Assembly: GCA_964035545.1 (NCBI GenBank)
Contig: OZ037767.1
Location: 9,124,581 to 9,188,580 of the forward strand
Direction: 5' to 3'
Source of the DNA: Bugula neritina
Taxonomy: Eukaryota > Animalia > Bryozoa
Length of the DNA: 64,000 bases
The notes under the pieces: generated by a model
Seen by the model: only the letters and a program-made list of their open reading frames with translations
What the model was told of the DNA's origin: nothing
Databases searched by the model: none
In this document: positions 1 through 11,888 of the stretch, in pieces
Numbering within the stretch: the stretch's first letter is position 1
Layout of the letters: every line of letters begins with the position of its first letter
Program-made: the position numbers and the translations under genes

Positions 1-313
1 GCAATAAAAACACAGATGCTTCTGGTGTAGGTTCTAATACAAGCTCATAGTTAAATATTATACAGTTAGTACAGTTTGTAACTTTTAAGCCACTTGATGA
101 AGAGTGCCTTGATATACTATTAAGATCTTTTTATAACAGAATAAAATCAGCCAAGGTATTGTAAAGAACAATGTTGTATATAGCTCCATTTCTGTGCAGT
201 AACCACACTTGGCTCTGTTGTCTTGTATCACGTGTTTAGCTGCAATAATGCTTTCTGACCTGCAGGTATATGTCTGAGGTATGCCTGTGAGAGGTTGAGA
301 TTATGTAACTACG

Positions 314-317
<4 letters not shown>

Positions 318-401
<84 letters not shown>
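318..401. repeat. (TA)n microsatellite
   Basis: Pure TA run. Confidence 0.97.
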
Positions 402-403
<2 letters not shown>

Positions 404-1085
404 CTAGTGTAAAACGTTATTGTCTCTCAGCATACTTGGTGCTTTACCTGCAGTCATTAAATTTAGGCTATAGTATAAATGAAACTGTTGGAATATTTAA
501 TACAATAAACAAAGGATTTGAACAGCGTCTGCATGTATTTTAATATTCTGACTTATCCCAACACTGTAGTAACTGTAAATAGGACGCTCTGTTTATTCAG
601 GACTTGCATGTATCACATTATCTACAGAGTGACTTTTTATTCCATACTTGTTCTAGTATTTAAAACACTTTTCTGTAAAAAATTTATATGATTGGTCTTT
701 GGAGTTGGACACTGTTAACCGGTAAACTATCATACAAATGTTTAGACTGAGTTTTGTCGTAAGAGTGGTGATAGAGTATTTTCATACAGCAACTGGTATA
801 CAGTATTTAGTAGGTACAGCTGCTGTCCACAGTTAAGCTGTCGCTGTCAAAACTTTGTTGGGTTGAGTCCTAGAGTAATGCATTGATACAGTTTTTTTTA
901 ATTTTGAAAATGATAAAATATAACTAACGTCACTGCTTTCATATAATGTTATAATGAGCTTAATGCTTTATATATTGTGCACCCTAGACTGCTTTCTTGT
1001 TGTCTACACTTATATAATATACTCATATAACAGCAGTGTGTTCTACTGGCATGTATTATATTATTTTACTGGCATGTATTTCAGG

Positions 1086-1690
1086 TTAACATCAGCCAAA
1101 ACAGACCTGCAGAAGGCAGTACAGTCCGCCTTAACTGTCCAGTCAGTGAAGAAGAAAATGACAACTATTGTGAGGAAACTCAACTTTAACACCACAGCTC
1201 TGCCGTTGGGAGCTAACAACTATGGTCACAACACAAGTACGAGTTTTTGATAACAAAACCAGAATATATGGACTATTAACTTTTGGTGAAAACCTGAACA
1301 AATCAAAATTATACTGATTGTCTTATAGTGTGATGAGTTTCATGGTTTTGCTTTGATTAGCTGGCTCACCATTTGTAACACTGCCATTATAAACAATTTC
1401 TAGTTTTTATTTCCTTCGTAACTTTCTCCTGTTCTAATGCTGTAGTCACATGTGCATTGCTTTGCTTCATTGTGGCTTTTGATAAAATAGTTTATTAGGA
1501 AACTGTAAATAGCAATAGTTTAAACTTCATCTTTTTTGTGGCATGTTTTTATTATATAGCTTTTTACTTATTTAATTTTCTGTGGTGATTTTAGTCCTTC
1601 TATTTGTTTACAGACGTGAGACCTCCATCACCGCTAAAGGAAGACGACTCTGATTCTGAATATTATTCAGATGACTCAGATGAAGATTAG
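1086..1690 (+). CDS. 3' terminal two exons (1086-1237, 1614-1690) of a paralogue of the downstream sushi-domain membrane protein; upstream exons lie left of or are unresolved in the window
   Basis: ttcag|..ACAA|gtacga and tacag|ACGTG..TAG splice in frame to give (R)LTSAKTDLQKAVQ...ALPLGANNYGHNT-NVRPPSPLKEDDSDSEYYSDDSDED*, homologous exon-for-exon to 10067-10449; AATAAA at ~2010. Confidence 0.8.
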
Positions 1691-1696
1691 CTTCCA

Positions 1697-1820
1697 CCTG
1701 TCTCAAGTCGTTCTTAAGTCGGTTTCAAGTCTGTCTCAACCTGTCTCAAGTCTGTCTCAAGTCTGCCTCAAGCCTATCTCAAGTCTTTCTCAACTCTGTT
1801 TCAACTCTGTCTCAACTCTA
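1697..1820 (+). repeat. 11-bp degenerate tandem repeat (CTGTCTCAAGT) just after the stop codon
   Basis: ~11 imperfect copies of ctgtctcaa(g/c)t. Confidence 0.85.
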
Positions 1821-2993
1821 CCTGTTTTGTTATATATTTATTTCTCCATATTTTCATCTGCATTCATCAATTTGTTGTCTAACTGTCTCCATGTAGAACT
1901 TCTCTCTCTCCCAGCACTCCTTCTGTGTCTGCATATACGTACTGTTACTCCTTTGTCTGTTGTATGGTAGTTTATATTACACCTACCTTCTTCCAGTTAT
2001 ATTGGACTCAATAAATATTGTCATTATATTATCTTATACTAGCAGCCAATTTATTGAATGTTTTTTGTCTTTATAAATGTAATTGTTCGGGTTCTTTTTT
2101 AACCAAGTTCGAAACTATATTGGCTTTGCTTCATAAAAAAAAAGTAATATTGTATTTTTGCTCATGAATCTATTTTTCTATATTTATAATTGATGGATTT
2201 TATTCTGATGTCATTCACTCTGTCATATTTATGTAACTTTTATCTGATAAAATAGAGTTATATATTTGGTTATGCATTTTCTGTGTGAATTGTGCAAGTT
2301 GTGGTCATGAAATTTCCCATATAATGAGCGATCCAAATGCAATATATGTTTCTTACTGCAATGCTGGTATTTTCCATAGTTTGCTGTGAGATGCCAGGGA
2401 AACATACCCGAAACAAAAAACAAGTGAAGCTAAAATTCTTACACACTAGTAGGGAACTATCTACCTTACACTCTAAGTTGTCAGTGAAACTAGATTAGCT
2501 AATTGTAATTGCCAATGGCCAAAATTATCTGCTATAAACTATTTTATTTTGAAATTTCCCTCTATTCTCTATTGTTGGGAATAAAAATCCAAAACAGAGC
2601 AGAAAAGAGAGCTATTACATCATTGCAGCAAAGAGGTTCTTTCAGCATTTTGATTGCATAAAATCTCATCAAGCAGCTCAATTGTCCAATAGCTGTCTAT
2701 GTGGAAATACTTTCCTGTAGCCCTGCGTTAACCTGTGAGTTATTATGACTGCATGCTGTAAGTTAATCTGCATTTTAAAGAGGTTTGTGTAACTTAGATA
2801 TGTGTTCCTGCTAGTCCTTAGTGTCACTTATTGTATTTAATAAGTGTAAGTTCTACCTTTACTATCATTTATATAACTAATAGTACAGAAGCTAAAATCA
2901 CAAACTACATAGCAAGGTGTATGTTGATAACATCATTTTGTACCCCAAACATTTTTTAGAATGCAATAATGAACTACATACCTATAATATAGG

Positions 2994-2995
<2 letters not shown>

Positions 2996-3032
<37 letters not shown>
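2996..3032. repeat. (TA)n microsatellite
   Basis: TA run left of the palindrome. Confidence 0.95.
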
Positions 3033-3037
<5 letters not shown>

Positions 3038-3236
3038 GAATTGAAATGACACAGTTAAAATTGATAAAACATTTTATTACTAATAGTTTCATGTATGTTA
3101 AAATATACACTCTTCAGATAAAATGTTTAAATCCTTTTAAACATTTTATCTGAAGAGTGTATATTTTAACATACATGAAACTATTAGTAATAAAATGTTT
3201 TATCAATTTTAACTGTGTCATTTCAATTCTATTTTA
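3031..3236. repeat. Perfect inverted repeat, ~101-bp arms, 4-nt loop (tcct)
   Basis: taaaatagaattgaaatgacacag...cagataaaatgtttaaa (3031-3131) is the reverse complement of tttaaacattttatctg...caattctatttta (3136-3236). Confidence 0.95.
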
Positions 3237-3292
3237 TGATATGCTCTGTTTTAAACATTGAGCTCTTTTAAGCAGCGCACTATATCTCACAG

Positions 3293-3294
<2 letters not shown>

Positions 3295-3355
<61 letters not shown>
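3295..3355. repeat. (TA)n microsatellite
   Basis: TA run right of the palindrome element. Confidence 0.95.
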
Positions 3356-3358
<3 letters not shown>

Positions 3359-4510
3359 GAGAAACATTATATACGTAATCCCTTAAACTGTTTTACAATG
3401 TTAACTACAAACGTAGTAAGCACTTGAAATATCGTAACTACCATCCCATAGAAAACAGACAATATAAAACATATATTCTTTTATGACAGACAAGATATTC
3501 TCAATGTTTAGTTTTAGCACGTTACCATATATTAATGTTTACTGCACATCTTCTTGTCTTTATTTGTGTTATGCTATGGTGATAACTACTAATTGATCAC
3601 CAATAAAACAAAAGCTGAGCAATCAATCCAGCAGTGTTTCCAATACATGTTCTATTGTTCAGCAATCCTTGAGTATTGATTAGAATATTATAAGAACTAT
3701 CAGCCATTTTATGAGATGTTCCACAGGATGTAGTTAAGTTATGACTTGCAATAGACAAACCAATTCGCCATGAAGTATTTGATACAACTACTTATATTGT
3801 CTCTCTTCTCATGCAGTGCATCAGGTTGGTAGAGTCAAGTTATTTTTTTCTACATTAAACAAAATATTCTGCAAATTAGTTTATTTTACAACACACTTGT
3901 TTGTGGGAAAGTGAGCTATATTCTCAATGTAAGCCATATTATTGTCATGAAATATACAACTATAGACCTACTAAAATTCAGTTCAGGACATATGTTTGAC
4001 ATATGCTCAATAGTTTAGTGCTCGGCATTTTCTAGCTAATTAGTGAAGACTCTTTAAAAAATTGTTTATTTTATCTACCAGCTAGAGCTGCTATAACATC
4101 TTTTTGAGTGCTTCAAAAACATAGCTGTTACTAGGGCCTCATGCATAAATGTATGAAGGGTTTTTAAAAATAATACTTCTAAAGTTTGTAATGTAATTTA
4201 AGTACGTTTTATTTTTACAAACTAAGATAAACAAATTTTATGTTAGAAAAATTCACTTTGAGTTTAGTTAAGAAATGTAGCAAATGCAAACAACTGCTGG
4301 CTATAGATTTGGTCAAATAAAAGCAATACTACAGCTTGAAACTTTGAGCCTTTCCATAAGTAGCTCTGAGTTAGGGGCGACTGAGTGCAGTAGTTTGGGG
4401 TTCTCGGGCTTGAAGTTAAGAGGTTTAGGTTGGAATTTTGAACCCCTAACTTGAAACTCTAGTTCAGTTTATCCAACATGTAGAATCAGTATTGTGTTGT
4501 ATCGTTACAG

Positions 4511-5233
4511 CGGATTGCGGAGCACTGCCCTCCTTTGGCAATGCAGCACCAGTCGGGTATAGTGCTACAGTGTCTCCAGTGATCACAGAAGTCAACTACG
4601 TGTGCTCTGAAGGCTATGAGTTTGACACTGGATATAACAACAAGACTATTACATGTCTAAATACAGACCAGTGGTCAATAACTGCCGATAGCTGTAGCAG
4701 TGAGTATTCTTTATATAGCAATAGACACATCAAATCACTTTTATCCAGTCATATAACAAAAACATTTAAACATTTCAAAGGTTTTCAAAGTCGATGGTTA
4801 ATTGAAAACAGCTAAAGCAATTAATAGTAACTTGTTGCTCACAAAAACAGTATGAAATAATTTTAATCATAGACAGAAAAATACGCTTATTATGTTTTTA
4901 AAAACAGGGCATATGTGCAAAATCAATATAAGTAACAGACTAACAGTCACTAACTATCATTATCATTGCTAAAAATGTCAGTAAATCTTTTAAAACCAAT
5001 TGAAGAAAATAATGTAAATCAGAAACAAGGTTAGTCGTTAGAGAATTTCTACACTTGCAATGGTTAGTATAAATACTGATGTTTTCACTTAGAATTTGCA
5101 GTTATCTAATTTTAGCAGCCTAAACATATGTAAATACACGATACTTCTGTGAGAAATGCTTTTATGATTGAGGATAGCTACTAATATTGCATAATATATA
5201 GCTTATCACACATAGTTCATATGTCCACAGATT

Positions 5234-5310
<77 letters not shown>

Positions 5311-8300
5311 CACAATGTGTAGTTCATAATATAGAAGTCGAATGTAAGTGGAGCAAATGGTGGTCATCAAATGCTACTTTTGCATTTTAAATCTAAAATA
5401 AAATATATGACATACATCATTTTGAGTTATGTTCAAGTTGCCTGCTAGAAACATGGTGTGAATATTTTCATTTCATGTCTACCAGCTACATTACGAATAC
5501 AACAAAAGTTGTAGTCCTTTTCTTTACACTTCTATCACCCAGATGTTTCAAACACAACTTACAAACACTACTTACAGAAGTGGAATGCCCAAACCTACCC
5601 ACTGATGGAATTCTCTCCTCCTCCAACAACAGATACGGAGATAGCGTGGTGATGTCATGCAGTGATTTACTAAACTTTAGAGTTCCAGGAGGCGCGGTGG
5701 GTGCCCCCCACACTGTTACCTGCACGGCTGATAAGATCTGGGATGGATTCGATGATAGCTATAACAAGGGCTGTATTCGTATGTATCGCATTTTGCTTCA
5801 TTTATTATTCATCACTCTTATGATAATGATACAATATATTAGAAATTTACTTTTATATGGATTCAATGCGTTTTAGCAATTGAGTGTGTAAACCCGATGC
5901 CCAACTCAGCTGGTAGCAATACTCTGGTTTCGAGAGGCTCGAAAGTCAAGTTTACTTGTGACTATGGCCACTTCTTCAGTGATGATACTGTCGAAAAAGA
6001 ATTCGACTGCAACAATGATGGAAATTGGGAAAGTGGTGGTACTACTAATTGGACTTGTGATGGTTTGTTGAAATTAATTTATATTATATAATATAATAAA
6101 CTTATTTCTTACTTTGCACATGTGTACAAACACTTATAAGTAGCATACACTGTATAAAACAAAACAAAGTGCAGTCCGTTGTTTATTAACAAAATTACTT
6201 TTAACTGTAATAAACTAATTTGTAGAATTTTTAGTTGACAAAACCTTTAATTTTAATTAGCTTGTGTACCTAAGCAATTCTTCACCTCACCAGTGTATTT
6301 GCAAACTGTAATTTAATAACGAATTAAAACAATACAACTACCTAAAGTGCTCTAACAGTTTTGAAACCTTCTATAGTTTATACTCTATACCATAATTACC
6401 ACATGACTACACACTACCATAACTACTATGGTATGTAATATTGTAGTTGTATTATTTTGTTTGACACAATTGTTATATATTCAGCAAGAGAGTGCTACGA
6501 CCTACCACAAGCACACAACCTTACCAATGTTCGAATGATATCTAAAACTCGTTTTATTGGCGAAGATGTAACATTTGGTTGTATTGATGGTCATGAGTTC
6601 AATGACAGCAGTATAGAGAAAAGGATAGCCTGTTTTGCTAATCAAACTTGGGATTACATTCCCTTTAACTGCGTGGGTCAGTAAGCAATTATATTCCTTC
6701 ATAAAGCTAATTTATTCAATTTTGAGTAAATTTTTCTTTGGGCATTTTAATTAAAAATGAAACTAGAACGAATAACCTAACATCTATAGTAAAATAATTA
6801 TCAAATTTTTTAAAGTTTATTATTCTGTTATTTATACTAAAATCCTTCACTTTCTCTTTCAGCATATATTTTATCATAGTTCAACAACTTACTTTTCGGT
6901 ACACCCTCAGTATTTACTCAATTTATTCCTCACATCGCATTAAAGTAAAAACAGAATACATTTATTCATTTGAGAGTAATACTAATCTGGTTTGTTTGTT
7001 TTATCTAATGTAGACTTCAAGTGCATGAACAATTGATTACTTAGTCAAGCGGCCATATTGAACAGTTGATCTCGTAGTTGAGCAGCCATATTGAACAATT
7101 GATCTCCTAGTCAGGGAGCCATATTAGAATATGAGCTAGCTTTGTATAACTTCATATGTCATAATAAAATAATTCATCGTTTCAGCTCGATACTGTACAC
7201 CAGTGTTGAACATCACCCACGGTAACGCCAGTACAGATGACAACCAGTACCCATCTATCGTCAACTACACTTGCATCAGCCCCTACACATTTCCCGACGG
7301 CAGCTTATGGAGAGTCAGTCAGTGTAATAAGTATGGAAAATGGTCAGAAAAGATCCCCAACTGTGGAGGTGGTTATAATTCGTAGCTATAAATACTGAGT
7401 AGCAAATGAATTATTGCTTCACTTTTGTTTTTTATTCAATGAAATGTTTTGGAAATGATTGCCTAATCAATTTCTACATAGTAGAACATCGTAACTGAAA
7501 GATTTATAATTAGCAAAAGTAGTTCAAATAGTTATTTATATATATATAATATATATATATAATATGTTGCAGATAAACTAAATATTGGCGGCGAGTATGA
7601 AGAACTTCTTGTTGAGACGGAGGGTGCTCAATCCTATGGTATCACTACAATGTCCCTTATAGGTGTCCTGATTGCAGGCATCATTATATTTGATATTGCC
7701 ACTTTCGGAAGACAAATTGGTTTTCTCAAGGTAAAATATTCAGTGTTTAAAAATTATAATGTTGTTATAGTATAATTATAGTTGGAAGTTGTCGCACTTC
7801 TGCTGGATTAGCCATGTCAACATTTGTAGTTGTGTAGAAAGCTTTGGCTGCACACAAAGGCTACAGTTGTTGATTCAAATGCTAGATTGTTAGATATTGA
7901 TTGTTGATATAATAACTTCTGAAATCAAAATATATTCCTGGCAAATTTAGGCAAAAACGATTCAACATGACAAAAATATTAGTTGAATAAGCTTTCCTGG
8001 TTTTGTATCAGAAAAATCTCAACTGTGTGGAGCCAGAAGACAATGCTGATCTAGATTCCCTTGATGGAGAGCAAGCATGGACTGGGTCAACTTTCAGTTT
8101 AGGTATGGGCTCTCAGTCTACATGTTTATACTTCTCAGCTATGTCATGTGTGCCCTGTTCATGTTTCATACCTATCTACCTTAGCTGCTGCCTGTATAAT
8201 ATGCTTATAGCTGCATGTGTAATATGCTTATAGCTGCCTGTATAATATGCTTATAGCTGCCTATGTAGTATGCTTATAGCTGCATGTGGAATATGCTTAT

Positions 8301-10449
8301 AGCTGCCTGTATAATATGCTTATAGCTGCCTATGTAGTATGCTTATAGCTGCCTATGTAGTATGCTTATAGCTGCATGTGTAATATGCTTATAGCTGCCT
8401 GTATAATATGCTTATAGCTGCCTATGTAGTATGCTTATAGCTGCATGTGTAATATGCCTATAGCTGCCTGTATAATATGCTTATAGCTGCCTATGTAGTA
8501 TGCTTATAGCTGCCTGTGTAGTATGCTTATAGCTGCCTGTGTAGTATGCTTATAGCTGCCTGTGTAATATGCTTATAGCTGCATGTGTAATATGCTTATA
8601 GCTGCTTGTGTAATATGCTTATAGCTGCCTGTGTAATATGCTTATAGCTGCCTGTATAATATGCTTATAGCTGCATGTGTAATATGCTTATAGCTGCTTG
8701 TGTAATATGCTTATAGCTGCCTGTGTAATATGCTTATAGATGCCTGTGTAATATGCTCATAGCTGCCTGTGTAATATGCTTTATTGCATACTATATCATC
8801 ATATTCAGTTAATATGTACGCAATCTTTTTACAGTTGTAAGTTTTGCAGATTCACCTTGTGTATGCTGTAGTATATTGTGTGCTGAGCTAACCTATATGA
8901 CCTGCTATCACAAGTGGCAGTTTCCCATGTGATTAATATATTTGCTACAAGTTATCTGTTCAAAACTAAAAAGCACAATTCTGTTTAAAACAGTATAGTG
9001 ACGATTTTTAGTTCTAAAAAATTCGACAGCTAATGTTCCAGTACTATAACTTCACAGCTTGTAGCCTCAGCAAATTTGGCTTAGCTTCATTTCTCATCTT
9101 GAATACATGTGTTTTGGTTGGGAGAGTGAATTGGCCAGACTTACTTTACAGACTGTAAATAGATACCTATTGAAAAATAAAACTCTCTCAAATAGCTATT
9201 ATTTCACTTATATTACTCCTGACTTGTATGGTCTTTGAAGGATTAGAATGTTTGAAAACTTGAACTGTTGAAATTGTTGAACAAAGTTGTATACTCTTGA
9301 TAGCTAAATTACATAGATGAGTTTGCTTTGCAATAGCAGAAATCATTGTAATGGGTGAGCAAAGCGCAAACCATGCAAGTTACATTGTGCATAAAACTGC
9401 TGAGCAATGCCAATAAAATATATAAACACGTGTGCATTACATTTCCAATGAAAAGTTCACTTGAATCACCATAGTCTGAGATTCACAATTCCTTATATAA
9501 TTTATGAATTGTACTCTTTACAGGCAAAGGGAAGGTAACTCCAGCTGCGAGTACCGTTGATCTCTCCTATTTGAACGAATCAAAGTCTGCACTAAATCAG
9601 ACTGATGATGTAGATGTGAAGAGTGAAGAGATTACAGAAGAGGAAGCCAAGGCTAAGGCAGAAGCAGAAGCTAAGGCCAAGGCTGAGGCTGAGGAGGAAG
9701 CTGCTATATTGAAGAGCTCAGTTCCCAGAACTAGGTATGTCTGTGTGGGGGCGTACTACATACACCCAACTTAACAGCAATCAGTTGTGGAGGCGTGCTA
9801 TATGCACTAAAGCTAACATAGAAAGAGTTGTGGAGGAGTAGCTGGTAGCTGCCACAGCATAGTTGTTGTTGATAGTGGGTAAAAGACTATTGCCTTCAAG
9901 TACAGCTGTTCCAGTTTATACATAACTTGTAATGTATACTTTGAATGCTTGCTGTTTGAGTTTATAATGTTACTGTACTATGTGGGTATGGCTAAGGGTT
10001 TTATGTACTCACTACAACAAGTTATGAAAGATAGTTGTATATTTTTTAATAATGTTTCATTTTTAGACTAAATGATGTGAAAACAAGCATACAGAAAGCT
10101 GTGACACGAATCAACAATGCTGCACCAATCACAAGAATCAGAATGACTTCCCCTGTTAAGAAAAACGATTTTGCTATGGCTGGCTTACCCCTCGGTGCCA
10201 ACAACTATGGAAAAGTTATAGGTATGCTATTGAAAATGCAACTGATCATACAAAAACTTGAGAATAATCTCTCCAACTATATTGAATTGTGTGTTGAGTA
10301 AAGCTACAAGCCAGCCAGCTGCACATTGTAATAAGTATGAAATGGTTTTAGAACTGCGACCGCCATCTCCAACTAAAGAAGAATTGGATTCTGGCTCAGA
10401 ATATACGGATGATGACTCAGACGATGAGGCAGCAGAAGCTCAGGTTTAG
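4511..10449 (+). CDS. Sushi/CCP (SCR) domain-containing type I membrane protein: 5 CCP domains, TM helix, long acidic cytoplasmic tail; 5' start exon not identified
   Basis: Frame-consistent exons 4511-4699, 5578-5778, 5877-6062, 6485-6676, 7186-7368 (one CCP each, phase 1-1, C..C..C...W..C pattern), 7573-7730 (TM: YGITTMSLIGVLIAGIIIFDIATF), 8012-8102, 9524-9734, 10067-10221, 10352-10449 (TAG). Confidence 0.85.
5237..5307. repeat. (TA)n microsatellite
   Basis: Pure TA run in intron. Confidence 0.95.
7030..7126. repeat. ~33-bp degenerate tandem repeat, 3 copies
   Basis: gccatattgaaca(g/a)ttgatctc(g/c)tagt repeated. Confidence 0.7.
8183..8781. repeat. 23-bp minisatellite (TAGCTGCCTGTGTAATATGCTTA), ~26 copies
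   Basis: Direct tandem repeat in intron of sushi gene. Confidence 0.95.
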
Positions 10450-11888
10450 CAGCTTCCTGTGACCTATTTTGTCTTATATTTACTCTACACGTGAAGCTCT
10501 AGACTCTGCTTACCAGAACCTGAAAGTGTACCTTAATTACTTCTATCAGCTCTACTGTCACTCTCTGTATTGTCAACACTAAACAGTGTTTGTATAACTT
10601 ATAGTTTATGTAATATTATACATATATTAAAATGACCTAAGAATGGTTTGACTGTTTGCTATATGAACCAATCACACCAGTTTAGCGCATTATTATGCAT
10701 TGCAGTAAGAAATGCTGTCTGTCTGATATCAAATGATTACTCGTAAATTTAGACAGCTGCTCAGCAGCCTTGGTTTTTCAAAAACGAAACAAAACGAAAA
10801 AAGGTGGGCAATGAAGTAGTCTTATATTATGCTAAAGGTGAATGAACGCATAGTCTGGCCAATAGAAACTGCCAGTTTATTTCCCATGATGCTGTGCAAC
10901 TAAGTGAATTCCAATCAAATATCTTTGTTAGGTAACTGATTTTCCAACAAATGTGAAAATGCATAGCATGCCATAGGAATGTATTTCCTTGAGTAATTCC
11001 GTTGCCTCTTTTTGACAGCTTTTTACCTGAAGTTTTTGTTTATTAGCAAACAGTATAAAACTTGCTCTAAAAGCTAGATTACAAATTATTAGAGCAAATA
11101 CTGTTTATTTATTCAAATTGAAATCAAATAAATTTAATCAAACTAGGAAGAGCTACAAAACTATATGCTGATATAGAACACCATGCTATTATTTCGAATT
11201 GCATAAAAATATTTTGCATATATTTAATAAAGCTATACCAAAATCATAGAAGATATAAAAACCTTTATGAATTTACCTGGTAGCTTGTTGGATGTTATAG
11301 ACTCAGAGTATTTCGAAAATAAGATTATAATAGCAGTGTTGCAAATGTTAGATGAAAATTAATTATTCCCATACTTAAATCAACTATCTGCTATTTCTTA
11401 TTTTGGTTTAAAAATGTTTATTAGGAGCATCTAGTTAAACAACATAAAATATATGATAATGAAAGTTGAAACATGGCTATACATTTTAAATATGGCGCAG
11501 CATTTTACATAAATGTAGAAATAAATAATATTACAACACAACTTATAGAAGGTAGCAATAATTTATGTATATTCTGCATAATATTTGATCACATTTTAAC
11601 AATTGAAAAATATCATCATAACAGAGCTTTTCAGCTGCAACCATTTTGACACTCAATAAAAGAAAGGCATAAACATTACTACTAATATTGTCGCAGTTTT
11701 AGGGTATAAGGCAAATTTAAAAACGATCATACTAGAGTCAATAATTAATAGTAATAAACCTAAAAATACATAAAGATATAACTGGATGAACGATCAAATG
11801 AAATTGATACTAAAATAATTACGTAATAATGCACATTTGCAACAAAATTCACAGCAAAGCTTGTCCGAACCTGATCTAAGCAATGGAG

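Noticed and set aside
295-543. ORF with IYIYIY run (also 22909-23133)
   Set aside because: Translation of a (TA)n microsatellite
8183-8781. CRISPR-like appearance of 23- and 37-bp arrays
   Set aside because: Head-to-tail repeats with no unique spacers, eukaryotic introns, no cas genes
10900-11030. Possible further MLH3 exon (VKSCQKEATELLKEIHSY, minus strand)
   Set aside because: Phase incompatible with the only candidate donor and no resemblance to the MutL C-terminal domain
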